This document shows positions 1 through 11,231 of a stretch of DNA of 64,000 nt, one piece after another. Each line of letters opens with the position of its first letter. Position 1 is the first letter of the stretch. The notes under the pieces were generated by a model. That model was not told the origin of the DNA. It ran no database searches and saw nothing but the letters and a program-made list of their open reading frames with translations. The stretch comes from a virus: positions 32,001-96,000 of IMG/VR virus record IMGVR_UViG_3300005747_000012; one strand, 5' to 3'. The translations under genes were made by a program, and so were the position numbers.

Positions 1-1
1 T

Positions 2-2173
2 GCTGCTTCAGGTACTACGGGTATTTGGCCTACCAGAACTAATTTTGAAGATAGTTCTTCTGGTAGAGGTAGAAGTTTATTTGGAGGAGTTTCAGAAGCT
101 TTAGGAGCTGCTGCTAGAGATTTATCTGAGCTTATAAATGGTGGACTATTTCCTCCCAAGGCACTTAACCCATTAAATGATAACAATGGTAGAGTTACAG
201 GCTATTTTCAAGCCATGCTATTGCAACAATTTCTTGAGCAATATGCAATGGCTAAAAAAAATCCTCAAAATAAACATTGGAGACTTGTTTTTGATTGCCC
301 TAAAACAAACGAATCTTTTGTTGTTACACCTATTCAATATACTGTAACTAGAAGTCAAAGAAGTCCGGGTGAATTTCTTTATAATATGCAATTTAAGGCA
401 TGGAAAAGAATTGATTTAAAAAGAGGTAGGCCGGGTGATGCTAAGTCAAATTTAAAACAACTTAAACCTAGCCTTTTTCAAAGCATTAATGAGTCATTGG
501 ATAGAGCTAGAAGTTTAATGAGTTCTTCGTTAAATGTAATCAAAGCTATACGTGCTGACTTTAGAAAACCTTTTGATACTGCAAGAAAAGTAAGTTTATT
601 AATTAAAGATTTTTCAGGGCTAACTTTAGCGGTATCTGATTTGCCTAACCAATTAAAAAAAGATGCTGAATCTGCTGTTAAAAGAATTGCAAAAGATTTG
701 GCTCAATCACAAGCAAATTTTAAAGCAGCATTTGACAATCCTTTTTCTACAAATAGAGATAAAAGAGCTGGTGCTAAAGCTAAAGCAATTGTCAGTGCAA
801 TTGTAGCTGAAGACAGCAAGAATGAAGGCGTATCTGCTGACCAAATAGAGGCTGGTGTTTTGGGTGTAGAAGCTAGAGATGCTGCCAGAGTTAGTCCAGT
901 AAATAATATTTTTAATGAACCAGAAGCAAATTTTGATTTTTTTAATTCAATTAATGTTGATGATTTAGAGCTTACTCCTCAACAGCAAGCGGCAATTGAA
1001 GATGAAATTGAATTAAACTCTCTTATATCTATAGAAGAACTCAGAGGGTTTACTCAAGAACTTCAAGAACTTATACTTGATTTAACAAATAATTTTGGAG
1101 CTGGTGATGAATTTTTCTCTGTAGTATATGGAAGGCCAGCACCTAGAGAACGTGCTACTCCAATGTCAATTGAAGAATTTGAACTTGTTGAGGCACTTGA
1201 AGAAGTTGTTTTAAATCTAAACATTCTTACTGCTACTAGACAATTAGATGATGTTAGAACACAAAGTTCTCTTGAATATGTTGGTGGACTTGCAAATGAT
1301 TCTGGAATTACTTTTAACTCATCTTCTACTGCTAAATATCTAGCACCAGTGCCGTACAATTTAACAATTGAACAGATTTCTGCTAGATATTTGGGAGACC
1401 CTGATAGATATAATGAAATTATTACCTTAAATAATCTTAAATCTCCCTATATTGATGAAGATGGATTTTTTTATAATTTTTTATCAAATGGAGATGGTAG
1501 ACAATTCAATATTGAAAGTAATGAAAATTTATATGAAGGACAGGTAGTACAATTGTCTAGTAATACAATTCCAACTTTTACAAGAAAGATTACTGCAATT
1601 GAAAAAATTACTGATACTAATTATCTAATTACAGTTGATGGTATTGCTGATTTATACCTGTTAACTAAAAATCATCAAGCAAAAGTAAAAACATTTTTGC
1701 CGGGAACTGTTAATAGTCAAAATCAAATTTACATACCTTCTGATGAAGCTGTAACTGATGAGCCTAGAACCTACGACATCCCATATCTTGATGGGGATTC
1801 TCTTACTGGTTTTTCCAAAATTGATTGGCTTTTAGATGACAATGGTGATATTGTATTAAATTCATTTGGCGAAGTAGGTCTTGCAAATGGAACTACAAAT
1901 CTTATTCAAGCTCTTAAAATGAAAGTACAAACTCAAAAAGGTCAATTGCTTTCAGATACTACGTTTGGATTAGGGTTAAATCCCGGTGTTATGGTAAATG
2001 ATATTGCAATAGAAAATGTACTCAAAGATTTAAAAGACATGATTTTACAAGATTCCAGATTTGAAGGAATTGAAAAGATTGAAATGAATGTATTACCTCC
2101 AGATTTGTCAATTACTATTGTAGCTCGTCTTAAAAATGGAAGGGGTATTTTGCCTATTAGCTTTAGTGCTTAA
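2..2173 (+). CDS. Baseplate protein with LysM-like and C-terminal gp25/GPW-like wedge domains (5'-partial)
   Basis: Frame is open from position 2, upstream of the ORF-track ATG at 215. LysM-like 'TIEQISARYLGDPDRYNEIITLNNL'; C-terminal 'NLIQALKMKVQTQKGQLLSDTTFGL...ILQDSRFEGI' resembles gp25; lies just upstream of a baseplate J-like gene. Confidence 0.65.
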   Translation, partial: AASGTTGIWPTRTNFEDSSSGRGRSLFGGVSEALGAAARDLSELINGGLFPPKALNPLNDNNGRVTGYFQAMLLQQFLEQYAMAKKNPQNKHWRLVFDCPKTNESFVVTPIQYTVTRSQRSPGEFLYNMQFKAWKRIDLKRGRPGDAKSNLKQLKPSLFQSINESLDRARSLMSSSLNVIKAIRADFRKPFDTARKVSLLIKDFSGLTLAVSDLPNQLKKDAESAVKRIAKDLAQSQANFKAAFDNPFSTNRDKRAGAKAKAIVSAIVAEDSKNEGVSADQIEAGVLGVEARDAARVSPVNNIFNEPEANFDFFNSINVDDLELTPQQQAAIEDEIELNSLISIEELRGFTQELQELILDLTNNFGAGDEFFSVVYGRPAPRERATPMSIEEFELVEALEEVVLNLNILTATRQLDDVRTQSSLEYVGGLANDSGITFNSSSTAKYLAPVPYNLTIEQISARYLGDPDRYNEIITLNNLKSPYIDEDGFFYNFLSNGDGRQFNIESNENLYEGQVVQLSSNTIPTFTRKITAIEKITDTNYLITVDGIADLYLLTKNHQAKVKTFLPGTVNSQNQIYIPSDEAVTDEPRTYDIPYLDGDSLTGFSKIDWLLDDNGDIVLNSFGEVGLANGTTNLIQALKMKVQTQKGQLLSDTTFGLGLNPGVMVNDIAIENVLKDLKDMILQDSRFEGIEKIEMNVLPPDLSITIVARLKNGRGILPISFSA

Positions 2174-2258
2174 TGTAATTTCAATAGCTTATACCATCTT
2201 TATTTTTTAGGGAATAAAGTGCAGGGCCTTTTTTGAAGCTTTTTGCTTTTTTACCTTC

Positions 2259-2294
2259 GCACTGAATCTTTAAATTATATGATATTATATAGTT
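2259..2294 (+). promoter_or_regulatory. 36-bp element, copy 1 (putative late promoter)
   Basis: GCACTGAATCTTTAAATTATATGATATTATATAGTT, identical to 12177-12212; both lie just upstream of large structural genes. Confidence 0.7.
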
Positions 2295-2307
2295 AAAAAG
2301 GAATTGT

Positions 2308-5300
2308 ATGGCTGTCGGTTTACCCACTCCAAAATCAAGAGAGCAAATTTTATCCGAAATGCTTACGGAATATGTAGGTCTTACCGGTATCAACGACCTC
2401 AACACTGGTTCGGCTGTAACTCAATTTTTTGACGTAGTAGCTAGGTCTGTGGCACGTACTTCTGGTGATATATTTCAAATACTTAGAGATTTTTCTGTGG
2501 AAAGAGCAACTGGAGAAGCTCTAAATAGAATTGGTAGAGAAGAAAGGGTTTATAGAAATACAGCTCAAGTAGCTAGTGGTAAAATTAAAGTAACCGATAC
2601 TTCTTTTGAAAAAATATCAACTAAAATATATTCTGGTGCTCCCTCTCCTAATATTGGGTCCATTGAAATCAATGTATCAGATGCTTCTAAATTTCCAAGT
2701 TCAGGTAGGCTATATATAGGTCGTGGAACTCCAAATGTTGAAGGTCCAATTAATTATAGCTCCGTAGTTCCAGACGGGTCTTTTTGGAAAATTACTCTTG
2801 ATTCTCCAACACAAAAATTTCATAACATTTCTGAATCTATAATTTTAGGTCAAGGTGGAACTAGAAATGTACCGGTTGGTACAACTGTAATTTCACCGGG
2901 AACTGGTGCTACTGCTGACATAAATTATTCAGTTTCTTCAGCCGCCCTTCTTCTTGATGGTGAAAATGAAAATAAAAATGTTCAAGTTGTAGCACAAGAA
3001 CCCGGCACTAACGGCAACGCTCCGGCTGGTGCTATTCGTGAATTTGTAACTGCGCCATTTTCTGGTGCGGCTGTAATTAATGAAGTGCCTTTTTCAAATG
3101 GTGCTGACAATGAGTCTGACGATAATTATCGTGACAGAATTAAAAAAGAAAGACTTTCAAGAGGTCTAGGGACAGCTCTTGCTGTAAAAAATGCAGTGTT
3201 AGGCGCACAGGCCCCTGATGAAAATGCTAGAGTAACATCTAACGAAATTGACACTTCAAATCCTGAGCAAACAATTCTTTATATTGACAATGGTGAAGGG
3301 TACGAAGAAACTTCAGAAGGTGTTGGGCTTGAATCTGTCATTGAATCTGCCATTGGTGGTGAGCAAACATTTCAACTTGCTACTGGAGGGCAGCAAACTT
3401 CTGTAAGAAAAGCCTTTATTCAATCTTCAAACAGCACACCTTTTGCGATTAGTTCATTTGATAAGCTTGCAATTCTTGTAGGCGGCGTAGTTTTTGAACA
3501 TACTTTTTTAGAAGGCGATTTTCAAGCCGAAGGTGCTGCTACAGCGTATGAAATTGTTGCAAGTATTAATAATAATCCTGACTCAACATTTGAGGCAACT
3601 ACAGCCGAGGCTGGAACTAAAGTTGTAATACAGGCTAAATCTGAAGATAATGAATTTTTGCAATTAACGACTCCCAGCTCTGGAGTTGATGCTGGGCCAA
3701 TACTTGCATTCCCCACAAACGAAGTGGCAACAGTTCTTCTCTATAAAAACAAAGAGCTTTTAAACAAAAATGGTCGTTCTGCTTTTGTTATTACTAAAAA
3801 CCAATTCGATTGGTCAAACACCATAACAGATGGTGATACGTTAATTATTTCAGTTGATGGAACGGATTTTATTACATACAACTTTATTAACGAAGATTTT
3901 ATTGCAGATGGACAGCACTCAACTGTAAACAATCAAAACTCTCTTTCCTCTTGGGTAAATGTTATTAATGCCAAAATTACTGGTGTTACTGCTGAAATAA
4001 ATGGTGAAAGAATTAAACTTACATCTAACCTTGGACCATCAAATAGAGCATCAATTCAAATTGATAACTCTTCAGACCTTGTTTTAAAAGGGATGTTTTC
4101 AGAAGAACTTGGCCTTACTGCACAAGGTAATGAGGCAGATTTTGAACTGTCAAGAAATACTGGACAGATCAAGTTAAAAAAATTGCTTAAAGAGGGTGAT
4201 TCAGTCAATGTTGGCTCTGAATTTACCAGAGCTGAAATTCAAAGCTCACCAATTCTTGGGGGGCAAACTACCATATCTAGTACAGCTTATGTCTGGCTTG
4301 TTGTTGATGATACAGTGGTAAAGCCAGTAGAAATTGGTGTAACAGCCGATACATTTTTAACTGTATCGAAACCCGGCAGTGGAGTCGTAAGGTATGAAAG
4401 CACATCTTTAAGCGCATTTGGAAATGTAGAGGTTGGTGATTACGTTATAATTTGGTCTGAAGAGCTTTCTGTTAAAAATAGATTAGAAGGTCGTGTTTAC
4501 GCCAAAACAGATACGACCCTTGATATTAGGGTTACTGCTTCTGAAGAATCTTCGGCTATAGCTGAGGGGCCAATTTTATACCAAGAAGGTTTCTCTGTAA
4601 TTAGAACAGAATATGCGCCACAAAAAATTAAAGTTAGTGCTGGTATTTATACTGTAAATGATATTGCGGCTATTTTTAATAACCAACTAGAAAATGCAGT
4701 GGTTTCAGTTGAGGATGATGAGATTTTTATTTTCAGAACAAATACTGAAGATATTCATGGGGCAATGTTTTTGGCTGATTTCAACGATGGTGCTAAAGCT
4801 TTAAATTTAATTAAAAATAGTTTTTCAAAAAGTATTAACTCGCAGTTGGCTTTTTATGAAAGTGGTTTTAAAGACAGGCAATGGCCATCTTTTGTTCATG
4901 GCAAAATAACTACAGATCAATTTTCAGACCCACCCAACGGATATATAAACACAGTGGATTCAAGTGAGGATTTAAATGCGCTAGGATTTAACCCTTCAGG
5001 ATTTTTATGTTTTGCACAGCCTTTTAATGATTCTAATGATATTTCTTCAAAAGAATGTGTGGAAATTAAAAATTATACAGGGACAACTGTTAATGTAGAG
5101 GACAGTGTTTTTTATAAAAGAAGCAGGGTTAATGATAGGTTTTATCTTGTAAACGGTTATGATTTTGGACATAATGATTCTATTGTAACCGTACTTGATA
5201 ACGACCCAACTGGAAAAACATTTAATATGCCATTGTTTAGAACGGCTGTTACAAAAATTACACATCCTGCAAACGCTAATCATTTTAGGGCTTGGGATAA

Positions 5301-8300
5301 AGAAGGTGGAGGAGGTTGTAACATAGACCCTTCTAATAATACAACACAATCATCTTGTTTGTTAGCAGGAGGTACATGGACTACCCCTACTGAATTCACC
5401 AAATTTTTTGGTAATAATTTTGCTTTTGACAATTATAAAGCTTTAATGCAAGCTAAAAATGTTGTTGACCCACTTTCACTTACAAATCAAGATGCAGTTC
5501 TTTACAGGTCTGTCGAGTGGGGTAATTCAGGTGAAAAAGTCGGTATTGGTTACTTTTATCCAACAACTCCAAATGAAGACATTTCCCATATTGTATCTGT
5601 TAATAATGAAATAGAAGTTAAATTATTTTTAAAATCTGGCCCAGCTAAAACTACAACAATTAACGGAACTACAGAGTGGGATGTTACAATTATCCCAAAT
5701 CCAAACTATGATTTAGTAACATACACACATTCTGGAACGGGAACTGCTCCGGGTTTAACACCAATTCTTTCTGGAGATTATGTCTCAATTATTTCAACTG
5801 GAGAATTTTTAACTGAAAACCAAGGTAGTTACAGGGTAGATTCTGCAACAGCCACTAGTTTTACAATAAAAAGACCTCTTGGGGTTGCAATTGAGCAATT
5901 AGATGTTGCAACACTTGAAACTGGAACAATTAACTTTTTTGAAAAATCTGATACAACAGCTCAAGAAATTGTTGATTATGTAACAGATAATTTGTCTGAT
6001 TATATTACGGCAGAAATAGTAGACGACAACGGCTCAACCGGATCAGGTATTATAAACCTTTCAACTGCTGAAGATTCTGATTTTAATTATGACTTTGTAA
6101 AACTTCTTGATGGAAAAAACTATATCTTATCAAGTGATATTGATGCCATAGTGGGATTGCCTCAATTTGTTTTTAAAACTCCACTAGATTTACCCACCTT
6201 TTCCACCAATACTACTGATGCTTATAGCTTTAATAATGGTGAAAAAATTAAGCTTGTACCAATAACATCTTTACAATTAACTAAATTTTTAAATATACTT
6301 GCTGTAACTGGATATACTACGCTTGGAGACATTAAGTCTGTCGATAGGAACACAAATGTACAGTTATCAACTAACGTAGTTGGAAACAATGGTGCCGTTC
6401 AAATTGCTGGCGGTGTGGGCAATTTTGTTGCGGCAGCAGTTGAAGGTTCTGCAATTATTATTGGTGATCAAGCTAATGCTAAATCTTTAGTTAGTATAAA
6501 CACAGCTACTTCTAATGGATTTCACTCTGATCAATGGGTAAAAGTTTTTGCGTCAGAAATACAGAAAAAAGTTACGGGAATTAACGCACTTAATTCAATC
6601 AAAATTAGCTCTGCTAATCCAAGTGTTGGGTTTACAAAAATTGAGCTTTTTGATAAGGGGGTTTCTCAAAGATTATTTGGCAGAAATAGGTATCACACAC
6701 GAACCCGTGGAAGAACTTTTAAAGTAGAAAAACAGGGTGATCTTACTGCAATTATCTGGGATGAAAATGGAACTCAGCCAAATTTTTTAACTTCAAATAT
6801 AGACATTAAAGATTCTTCGCCAAGTACATTGACTGTTTTTAAAGATGGAATTAGCAGTATTGTAGACCTTAGAGTTGACACTGGAGATATGAGGTTTGAC
6901 GAGGTTGCTGTTGGAGATATTCTTACTGTAACAAACAGGTTAAACGAAAAAAACAATGGAAATTTTCTTGTTGTTGGGCGTTCTGATGATGCAAGAACTG
7001 TTAGAATTATTAACTCTAGCGGTGTATCAGAATTAGTTACTGGAAGTTTTACAATTACTGATAACGTAGCTGTTTTAGGCACTCAATTTACTGTTGGAAC
7101 AACAACCCTTACAGAAGGTGTTGATTTTGTAGCTGGAGCAAGTGTAAATGATACAGCTTCAAACCTTTCTGCTGCCATAGCTCTTATACCAAGTATTAAC
7201 TCAAATTCAGATGGGGCTATAGTGAATATTGAGTCTGAAGTTGCTGCTGTAACAATACCAATTTCTGTAACCGGTGGTGGTGCCACTGCTTCTGGAAGTG
7301 AACTTGAAGCTCCTGTAGCTAACACTGGAGATTTAGTTTTCAAAACAGAAGTTCAAGAAGGTGACTCCGTAATTATAAATAGTGATTTTAGCATTCTTAA
7401 TCAAGGAACATTTAGACTTGTTAGAAGATTTAAAGATTCTATTTATATTGACAACCCAAATTCTGTTGAGGAAGAAGTTACAATAGGAAATAATAATGTA
7501 GAACTATATAGTAACAATCCTATTCCTTTAAATTTGATTTTTACAAATGCAAGTACCACCGTTGTCTCTGTTGGTAACGTAGATTGGACAAGTATTGTAG
7601 AAGCTGGTGATTTTATCAAAGACGCTTCTAAAGGCGATAATTATTATTATAAAATTGATTCTGTTGATTCTACATTTCAAATAACCTTAGCAACTCCGTT
7701 TCAAGAATCTTCTTCAAGTGTAGATGGAATTGAAGCTGTATATACAGATTTAGATATTGACTTAACGGATTTTAATGTTGAAAAACTTGATGGAAAAGTT
7801 AGGCTTAAATGGGCCGGTGCTGGTGCAGAACCTAGCCTTGAAAACTTAAGGCCGGGCAACATAGCTACTCTTGGAGCAGATTTTGATGCTGCAAATGAAG
7901 GTGATTTTCATGTCATTGACTCCGGCGAAAAACTTCAAGAAGTTACTCAATTTAAAATGTCTAGAGAAGTTGACATTAATAATAGTGAATATGGAATCAT
8001 GTATTCTTCTGAAAATGTTAACCAGTATCACTTTTATTTTAAAGGACCAGACCCCGGAGCAACTGCCAACCCAATTTCGGTAGGGCTTGTCGGAGGTGAA
8101 AGTGCCGAACAAGTTGCTGTTGATTTTGCAGATGCTATTAACACACAAGCTAGTGCCGATTTTACTGCTGTAGCTGAGGGCGATACCGTCACTGTTACTA
8201 CAACAGGAGTTGGTGAAACTACTGATGCTTTTAATTTTAATATTAGCGGTGAGTTTGCTGTAGAAGTTAAACAACAGGGTAGAAGAAATTTTGTTGATTT

Positions 8301-9171
8301 TATTAATGTAAATGGTGTTTCTGAAGCTGGCATTTTGGTTACAGATGTTTTGGAATTCCATAAAGAAGCAATGGAATTTAAACAATATGAAGGAACAGTT
8401 CCCGGCGATAAATTTGTAATTTCTGATAGTTTTATTGGAGAAAATAATGTTGGAACTTATACAGTGGTTGATGTTTTAAGTGAAAGCGAAATTATTGTAT
8501 CTGGCAATACTGTAGATGTAGAAAAAACCTTACTTGACTCTAACTTTAACAAAGTTTATGTAGAAGAATCTACCCCTTATGTTGGGTACAAACAGGTTGA
8601 ATTTATTACTACAAACCCTGCAAATTTAAACTCTAAAAATGTTATGTTTACAACAGATAATCAATTTGAAAAAATTAGTGAGCTTGGCGGTGTTTCAATA
8701 AGTGCAATCGGAAAGTTTCAATACCCAACCAATATAATAAAAGGTGTTGATGCTTACAAATTTAATACAGGGCTAATTGGAGAAGCCAATAGAATTGTAT
8801 ATGGTGAGCCTAGAGATAGTACAACCTATCCGGGTGTAGCTGCGGCTGGTGCTGAAATTTTTATTAAAGCACCGCTTACAAGAAGAATTCAAGTTTCCAT
8901 TGATGTTAGAGTTAAGACAGGTGTACCTTTTAGTACAATTGTTGAAGAGGTTAGAAATTCTGTTGCTTCATTAATTAGAGGGAATGATGTTGGAAAACCA
9001 ATTCCAATATCAAATATTGTAAGTAATGTTGATGGAATTGTGGGGGTACAAGCTGTTGCAATTAGCTCACCTCAATATGACAGCCAAAATGATGTTATAA
9101 AAATAAATGCTGGAGAAAAAGCTTTGATTCTTGATATTATCTCTGATATTATTGTTTCAAAAATTGATTAA
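2308..9171 (+). CDS. Very large baseplate J-like wedge protein (2287 aa)
   Basis: N-terminal baseplate-J motifs ('ATGEALNRIG', 'AQEPGTNGNAPAGAI', 'NGADNESDDNYRDRI') and a J-like C-terminus ('GKPIPISNIVSNVDGIVGV'), separated by ~1900 aa of beta-rich sequence. Confidence 0.75.
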   Translation: MAVGLPTPKSREQILSEMLTEYVGLTGINDLNTGSAVTQFFDVVARSVARTSGDIFQILRDFSVERATGEALNRIGREERVYRNTAQVASGKIKVTDTSFEKISTKIYSGAPSPNIGSIEINVSDASKFPSSGRLYIGRGTPNVEGPINYSSVVPDGSFWKITLDSPTQKFHNISESIILGQGGTRNVPVGTTVISPGTGATADINYSVSSAALLLDGENENKNVQVVAQEPGTNGNAPAGAIREFVTAPFSGAAVINEVPFSNGADNESDDNYRDRIKKERLSRGLGTALAVKNAVLGAQAPDENARVTSNEIDTSNPEQTILYIDNGEGYEETSEGVGLESVIESAIGGEQTFQLATGGQQTSVRKAFIQSSNSTPFAISSFDKLAILVGGVVFEHTFLEGDFQAEGAATAYEIVASINNNPDSTFEATTAEAGTKVVIQAKSEDNEFLQLTTPSSGVDAGPILAFPTNEVATVLLYKNKELLNKNGRSAFVITKNQFDWSNTITDGDTLIISVDGTDFITYNFINEDFIADGQHSTVNNQNSLSSWVNVINAKITGVTAEINGERIKLTSNLGPSNRASIQIDNSSDLVLKGMFSEELGLTAQGNEADFELSRNTGQIKLKKLLKEGDSVNVGSEFTRAEIQSSPILGGQTTISSTAYVWLVVDDTVVKPVEIGVTADTFLTVSKPGSGVVRYESTSLSAFGNVEVGDYVIIWSEELSVKNRLEGRVYAKTDTTLDIRVTASEESSAIAEGPILYQEGFSVIRTEYAPQKIKVSAGIYTVNDIAAIFNNQLENAVVSVEDDEIFIFRTNTEDIHGAMFLADFNDGAKALNLIKNSFSKSINSQLAFYESGFKDRQWPSFVHGKITTDQFSDPPNGYINTVDSSEDLNALGFNPSGFLCFAQPFNDSNDISSKECVEIKNYTGTTVNVEDSVFYKRSRVNDRFYLVNGYDFGHNDSIVTVLDNDPTGKTFNMPLFRTAVTKITHPANANHFRAWDKEGGGGCNIDPSNNTTQSSCLLAGGTWTTPTEFTKFFGNNFAFDNYKALMQAKNVVDPLSLTNQDAVLYRSVEWGNSGEKVGIGYFYPTTPNEDISHIVSVNNEIEVKLFLKSGPAKTTTINGTTEWDVTIIPNPNYDLVTYTHSGTGTAPGLTPILSGDYVSIISTGEFLTENQGSYRVDSATATSFTIKRPLGVAIEQLDVATLETGTINFFEKSDTTAQEIVDYVTDNLSDYITAEIVDDNGSTGSGIINLSTAEDSDFNYDFVKLLDGKNYILSSDIDAIVGLPQFVFKTPLDLPTFSTNTTDAYSFNNGEKIKLVPITSLQLTKFLNILAVTGYTTLGDIKSVDRNTNVQLSTNVVGNNGAVQIAGGVGNFVAAAVEGSAIIIGDQANAKSLVSINTATSNGFHSDQWVKVFASEIQKKVTGINALNSIKISSANPSVGFTKIELFDKGVSQRLFGRNRYHTRTRGRTFKVEKQGDLTAIIWDENGTQPNFLTSNIDIKDSSPSTLTVFKDGISSIVDLRVDTGDMRFDEVAVGDILTVTNRLNEKNNGNFLVVGRSDDARTVRIINSSGVSELVTGSFTITDNVAVLGTQFTVGTTTLTEGVDFVAGASVNDTASNLSAAIALIPSINSNSDGAIVNIESEVAAVTIPISVTGGGATASGSELEAPVANTGDLVFKTEVQEGDSVIINSDFSILNQGTFRLVRRFKDSIYIDNPNSVEEEVTIGNNNVELYSNNPIPLNLIFTNASTTVVSVGNVDWTSIVEAGDFIKDASKGDNYYYKIDSVDSTFQITLATPFQESSSSVDGIEAVYTDLDIDLTDFNVEKLDGKVRLKWAGAGAEPSLENLRPGNIATLGADFDAANEGDFHVIDSGEKLQEVTQFKMSREVDINNSEYGIMYSSENVNQYHFYFKGPDPGATANPISVGLVGGESAEQVAVDFADAINTQASADFTAVAEGDTVTVTTTGVGETTDAFNFNISGEFAVEVKQQGRRNFVDFINVNGVSEAGILVTDVLEFHKEAMEFKQYEGTVPGDKFVISDSFIGENNVGTYTVVDVLSESEIIVSGNTVDVEKTLLDSNFNKVYVEESTPYVGYKQVEFITTNPANLNSKNVMFTTDNQFEKISELGGVSISAIGKFQYPTNIIKGVDAYKFNTGLIGEANRIVYGEPRDSTTYPGVAAAGAEIFIKAPLTRRIQVSIDVRVKTGVPFSTIVEEVRNSVASLIRGNDVGKPIPISNIVSNVDGIVGVQAVAISSPQYDSQNDVIKINAGEKALILDIISDIIVSKID

Positions 9172-9173
9172 TT

Positions 9174-11231
9174 ATGGCAGATAGAGAAAGCGAATACAAA
9201 AGATTAAGAAAATACTTAAACAAAGTTATCCGTGGCGAAAACACAGATGCAATTTTGCGATCTGTTGCCAGTGGACCTGCGCATCTTGTAAATAATGTCG
9301 AGGCTGTAAACGATTCGCTTTACATTGTCACAGCCAGCCAAAAATATTTAGATTCAAGGCTTGGCGATAAAGGTGTTGTAAGACCGCCTGAAGTTGGTCT
9401 TTCTGACGAGGTTTTTCGTGAAATTGGTATTGAAATTACTAACAGAAAACAAGTTAGAGATTTGGTTCATCAACTTCTTAGAATTTTATATGGAGAAGTG
9501 TTTACACGGGCTACTTCGGCATCTGAGGAAGTTGAAAATTTTTCTCTTGAAGATGGTGATAATTTAATAATGTCTTTCGACGATGCAGAACCCGTTGAAA
9601 TTGCTTTTAGCTCTAGCCAATTTCAAAATATTAACGATGCAACAGCGCAAGAGGTTGCTGATGCAATTACTAAAAGTATTAAAAAAGTTGGTGGGAATGG
9701 TGCTGCTTTTGCAAGGCAGGATGATGGGGTTACAAGAGTTGTATTAATTTCTTTTACCGATGGCCCTTCATCTAGTGTAAAAGTTTTAGGTGGCAAAGCT
9801 CAAAACGCTCTTAAATTTGATAAAATTAGACCTACTGCGGCTGATGCAACAACACAATGGACGCTTACACAAGAAGCTGGTGGGGCTATTAGGGCCACTT
9901 GGAGTGGTGGTGCTAACCCTTCAATTGGAAAAGTAAAAGCTGGTGATTATGTTAATATATATGGAAATAATTTTTCATCTGAAAACCGAGGTACTTTTAA
10001 TGTTACAGAAGTCAAAAGTGGTCCGGTTAACGAAGCTTACGTGGAATATGAAAACCCAGAAGGTATTGCTGAAGGAGGGTGTAGTATAAATCCTAGTGTA
10101 AATGTAACGCCAGCTCTTTGTTCGGCAGATGGAGGGGTGTGGTCTCCTCCTGTAGTTCAAGGCAGTGATGATGCCATTTTGTTTTATAACCCAATAACTA
10201 GAACTGTAATTTCTAACTTAACTTACGCTGCTGCTTTTCAAACATCACCAAGAACCCTTGAAGTGTTTATTCCAGCAACAACTAAAGTTGTTAGAAGGAA
10301 CAGGGCTGGAGCTGCTCATATATATACTCACGTTCCAGAAAAAACACAAATAACCTTTCCTTCGCTTGCAGAGTTACAGTCTGGAGATAGTTTTTTGTTA
10401 AATTCTTTTTTGAATTCAACAAAATATAGAGTTATATATAATATAGATGATTCAATTATTGATAAAAATTTTTCAGAAAAAGTATTAGAAATAAATATAA
10501 ATAGTTCGGAAGATATTACGGCTTCAGATATTGCTGCAAAAACATATAATAGGATAAATGATATTTATAATTTTTCTTGTAATAATAATCAGGACGGTTC
10601 TATTGAAATTACAAATACAACTGGTGGAAATTCTTTTGATGTAGAATCTATAAATATGCCCCCTTCATTTTTGGTAGATGTTATTGTACAAGGAACTAAT
10701 GTGGTTTCAAATGAAGGACAAGTCGGCCCTTATTCATATGACACAACTGTTGGATATACAATTGGAGAGCAAGCAGCTCTCACAACAGAAGAGCTTGATG
10801 CTAGTAGTGATAAAATTCTTTTTGTTGACAATTCAACGCAATTTCCTGATGAACAAGGTGATTTAATAATTGGATTTGGAACATCACATCAAGAAGGTCC
10901 TGTTCCCTATATTTCAAGACCTTCTAACCAAACATTAAGAATTAATCCTTCATATGAATTTAAACAAAAACACCCGATTGGAACTGATGTTACTTTAATT
11001 GCAGAAAAAAAACCAGCTAACCCAAACAAAGATGGTTCAGATTATCCTTTTTATTTAACCGATTCTGTTGCTGGTAGAATATATGCTCAAGATTTAATTC
11101 GAGAAATTACCGCAACTGGTATTGTCGTTGTTTTTTACGTTTTATATCCAAACGATATTGGCTTAGGAAATTGGGGTGACGAAGAAAACTCAGAAAAATA
11201 TTATATTTGGGGTACTGAAGAGGATTTGTAA
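9174..11231 (+). CDS. Baseplate/tail structural protein (wedge partner of J)
   Basis: Directly follows the J-like gene; 'TASQKYLDSRLGDKGVVRPPEVGLSDEVFR' resembles baseplate wedge proteins; shares modules with the J-like protein. Confidence 0.55.
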   Translation: MADRESEYKRLRKYLNKVIRGENTDAILRSVASGPAHLVNNVEAVNDSLYIVTASQKYLDSRLGDKGVVRPPEVGLSDEVFREIGIEITNRKQVRDLVHQLLRILYGEVFTRATSASEEVENFSLEDGDNLIMSFDDAEPVEIAFSSSQFQNINDATAQEVADAITKSIKKVGGNGAAFARQDDGVTRVVLISFTDGPSSSVKVLGGKAQNALKFDKIRPTAADATTQWTLTQEAGGAIRATWSGGANPSIGKVKAGDYVNIYGNNFSSENRGTFNVTEVKSGPVNEAYVEYENPEGIAEGGCSINPSVNVTPALCSADGGVWSPPVVQGSDDAILFYNPITRTVISNLTYAAAFQTSPRTLEVFIPATTKVVRRNRAGAAHIYTHVPEKTQITFPSLAELQSGDSFLLNSFLNSTKYRVIYNIDDSIIDKNFSEKVLEININSSEDITASDIAAKTYNRINDIYNFSCNNNQDGSIEITNTTGGNSFDVESINMPPSFLVDVIVQGTNVVSNEGQVGPYSYDTTVGYTIGEQAALTTEELDASSDKILFVDNSTQFPDEQGDLIIGFGTSHQEGPVPYISRPSNQTLRINPSYEFKQKHPIGTDVTLIAEKKPANPNKDGSDYPFYLTDSVAGRIYAQDLIREITATGIVVVFYVLYPNDIGLGNWGDEENSEKYYIWGTEEDL

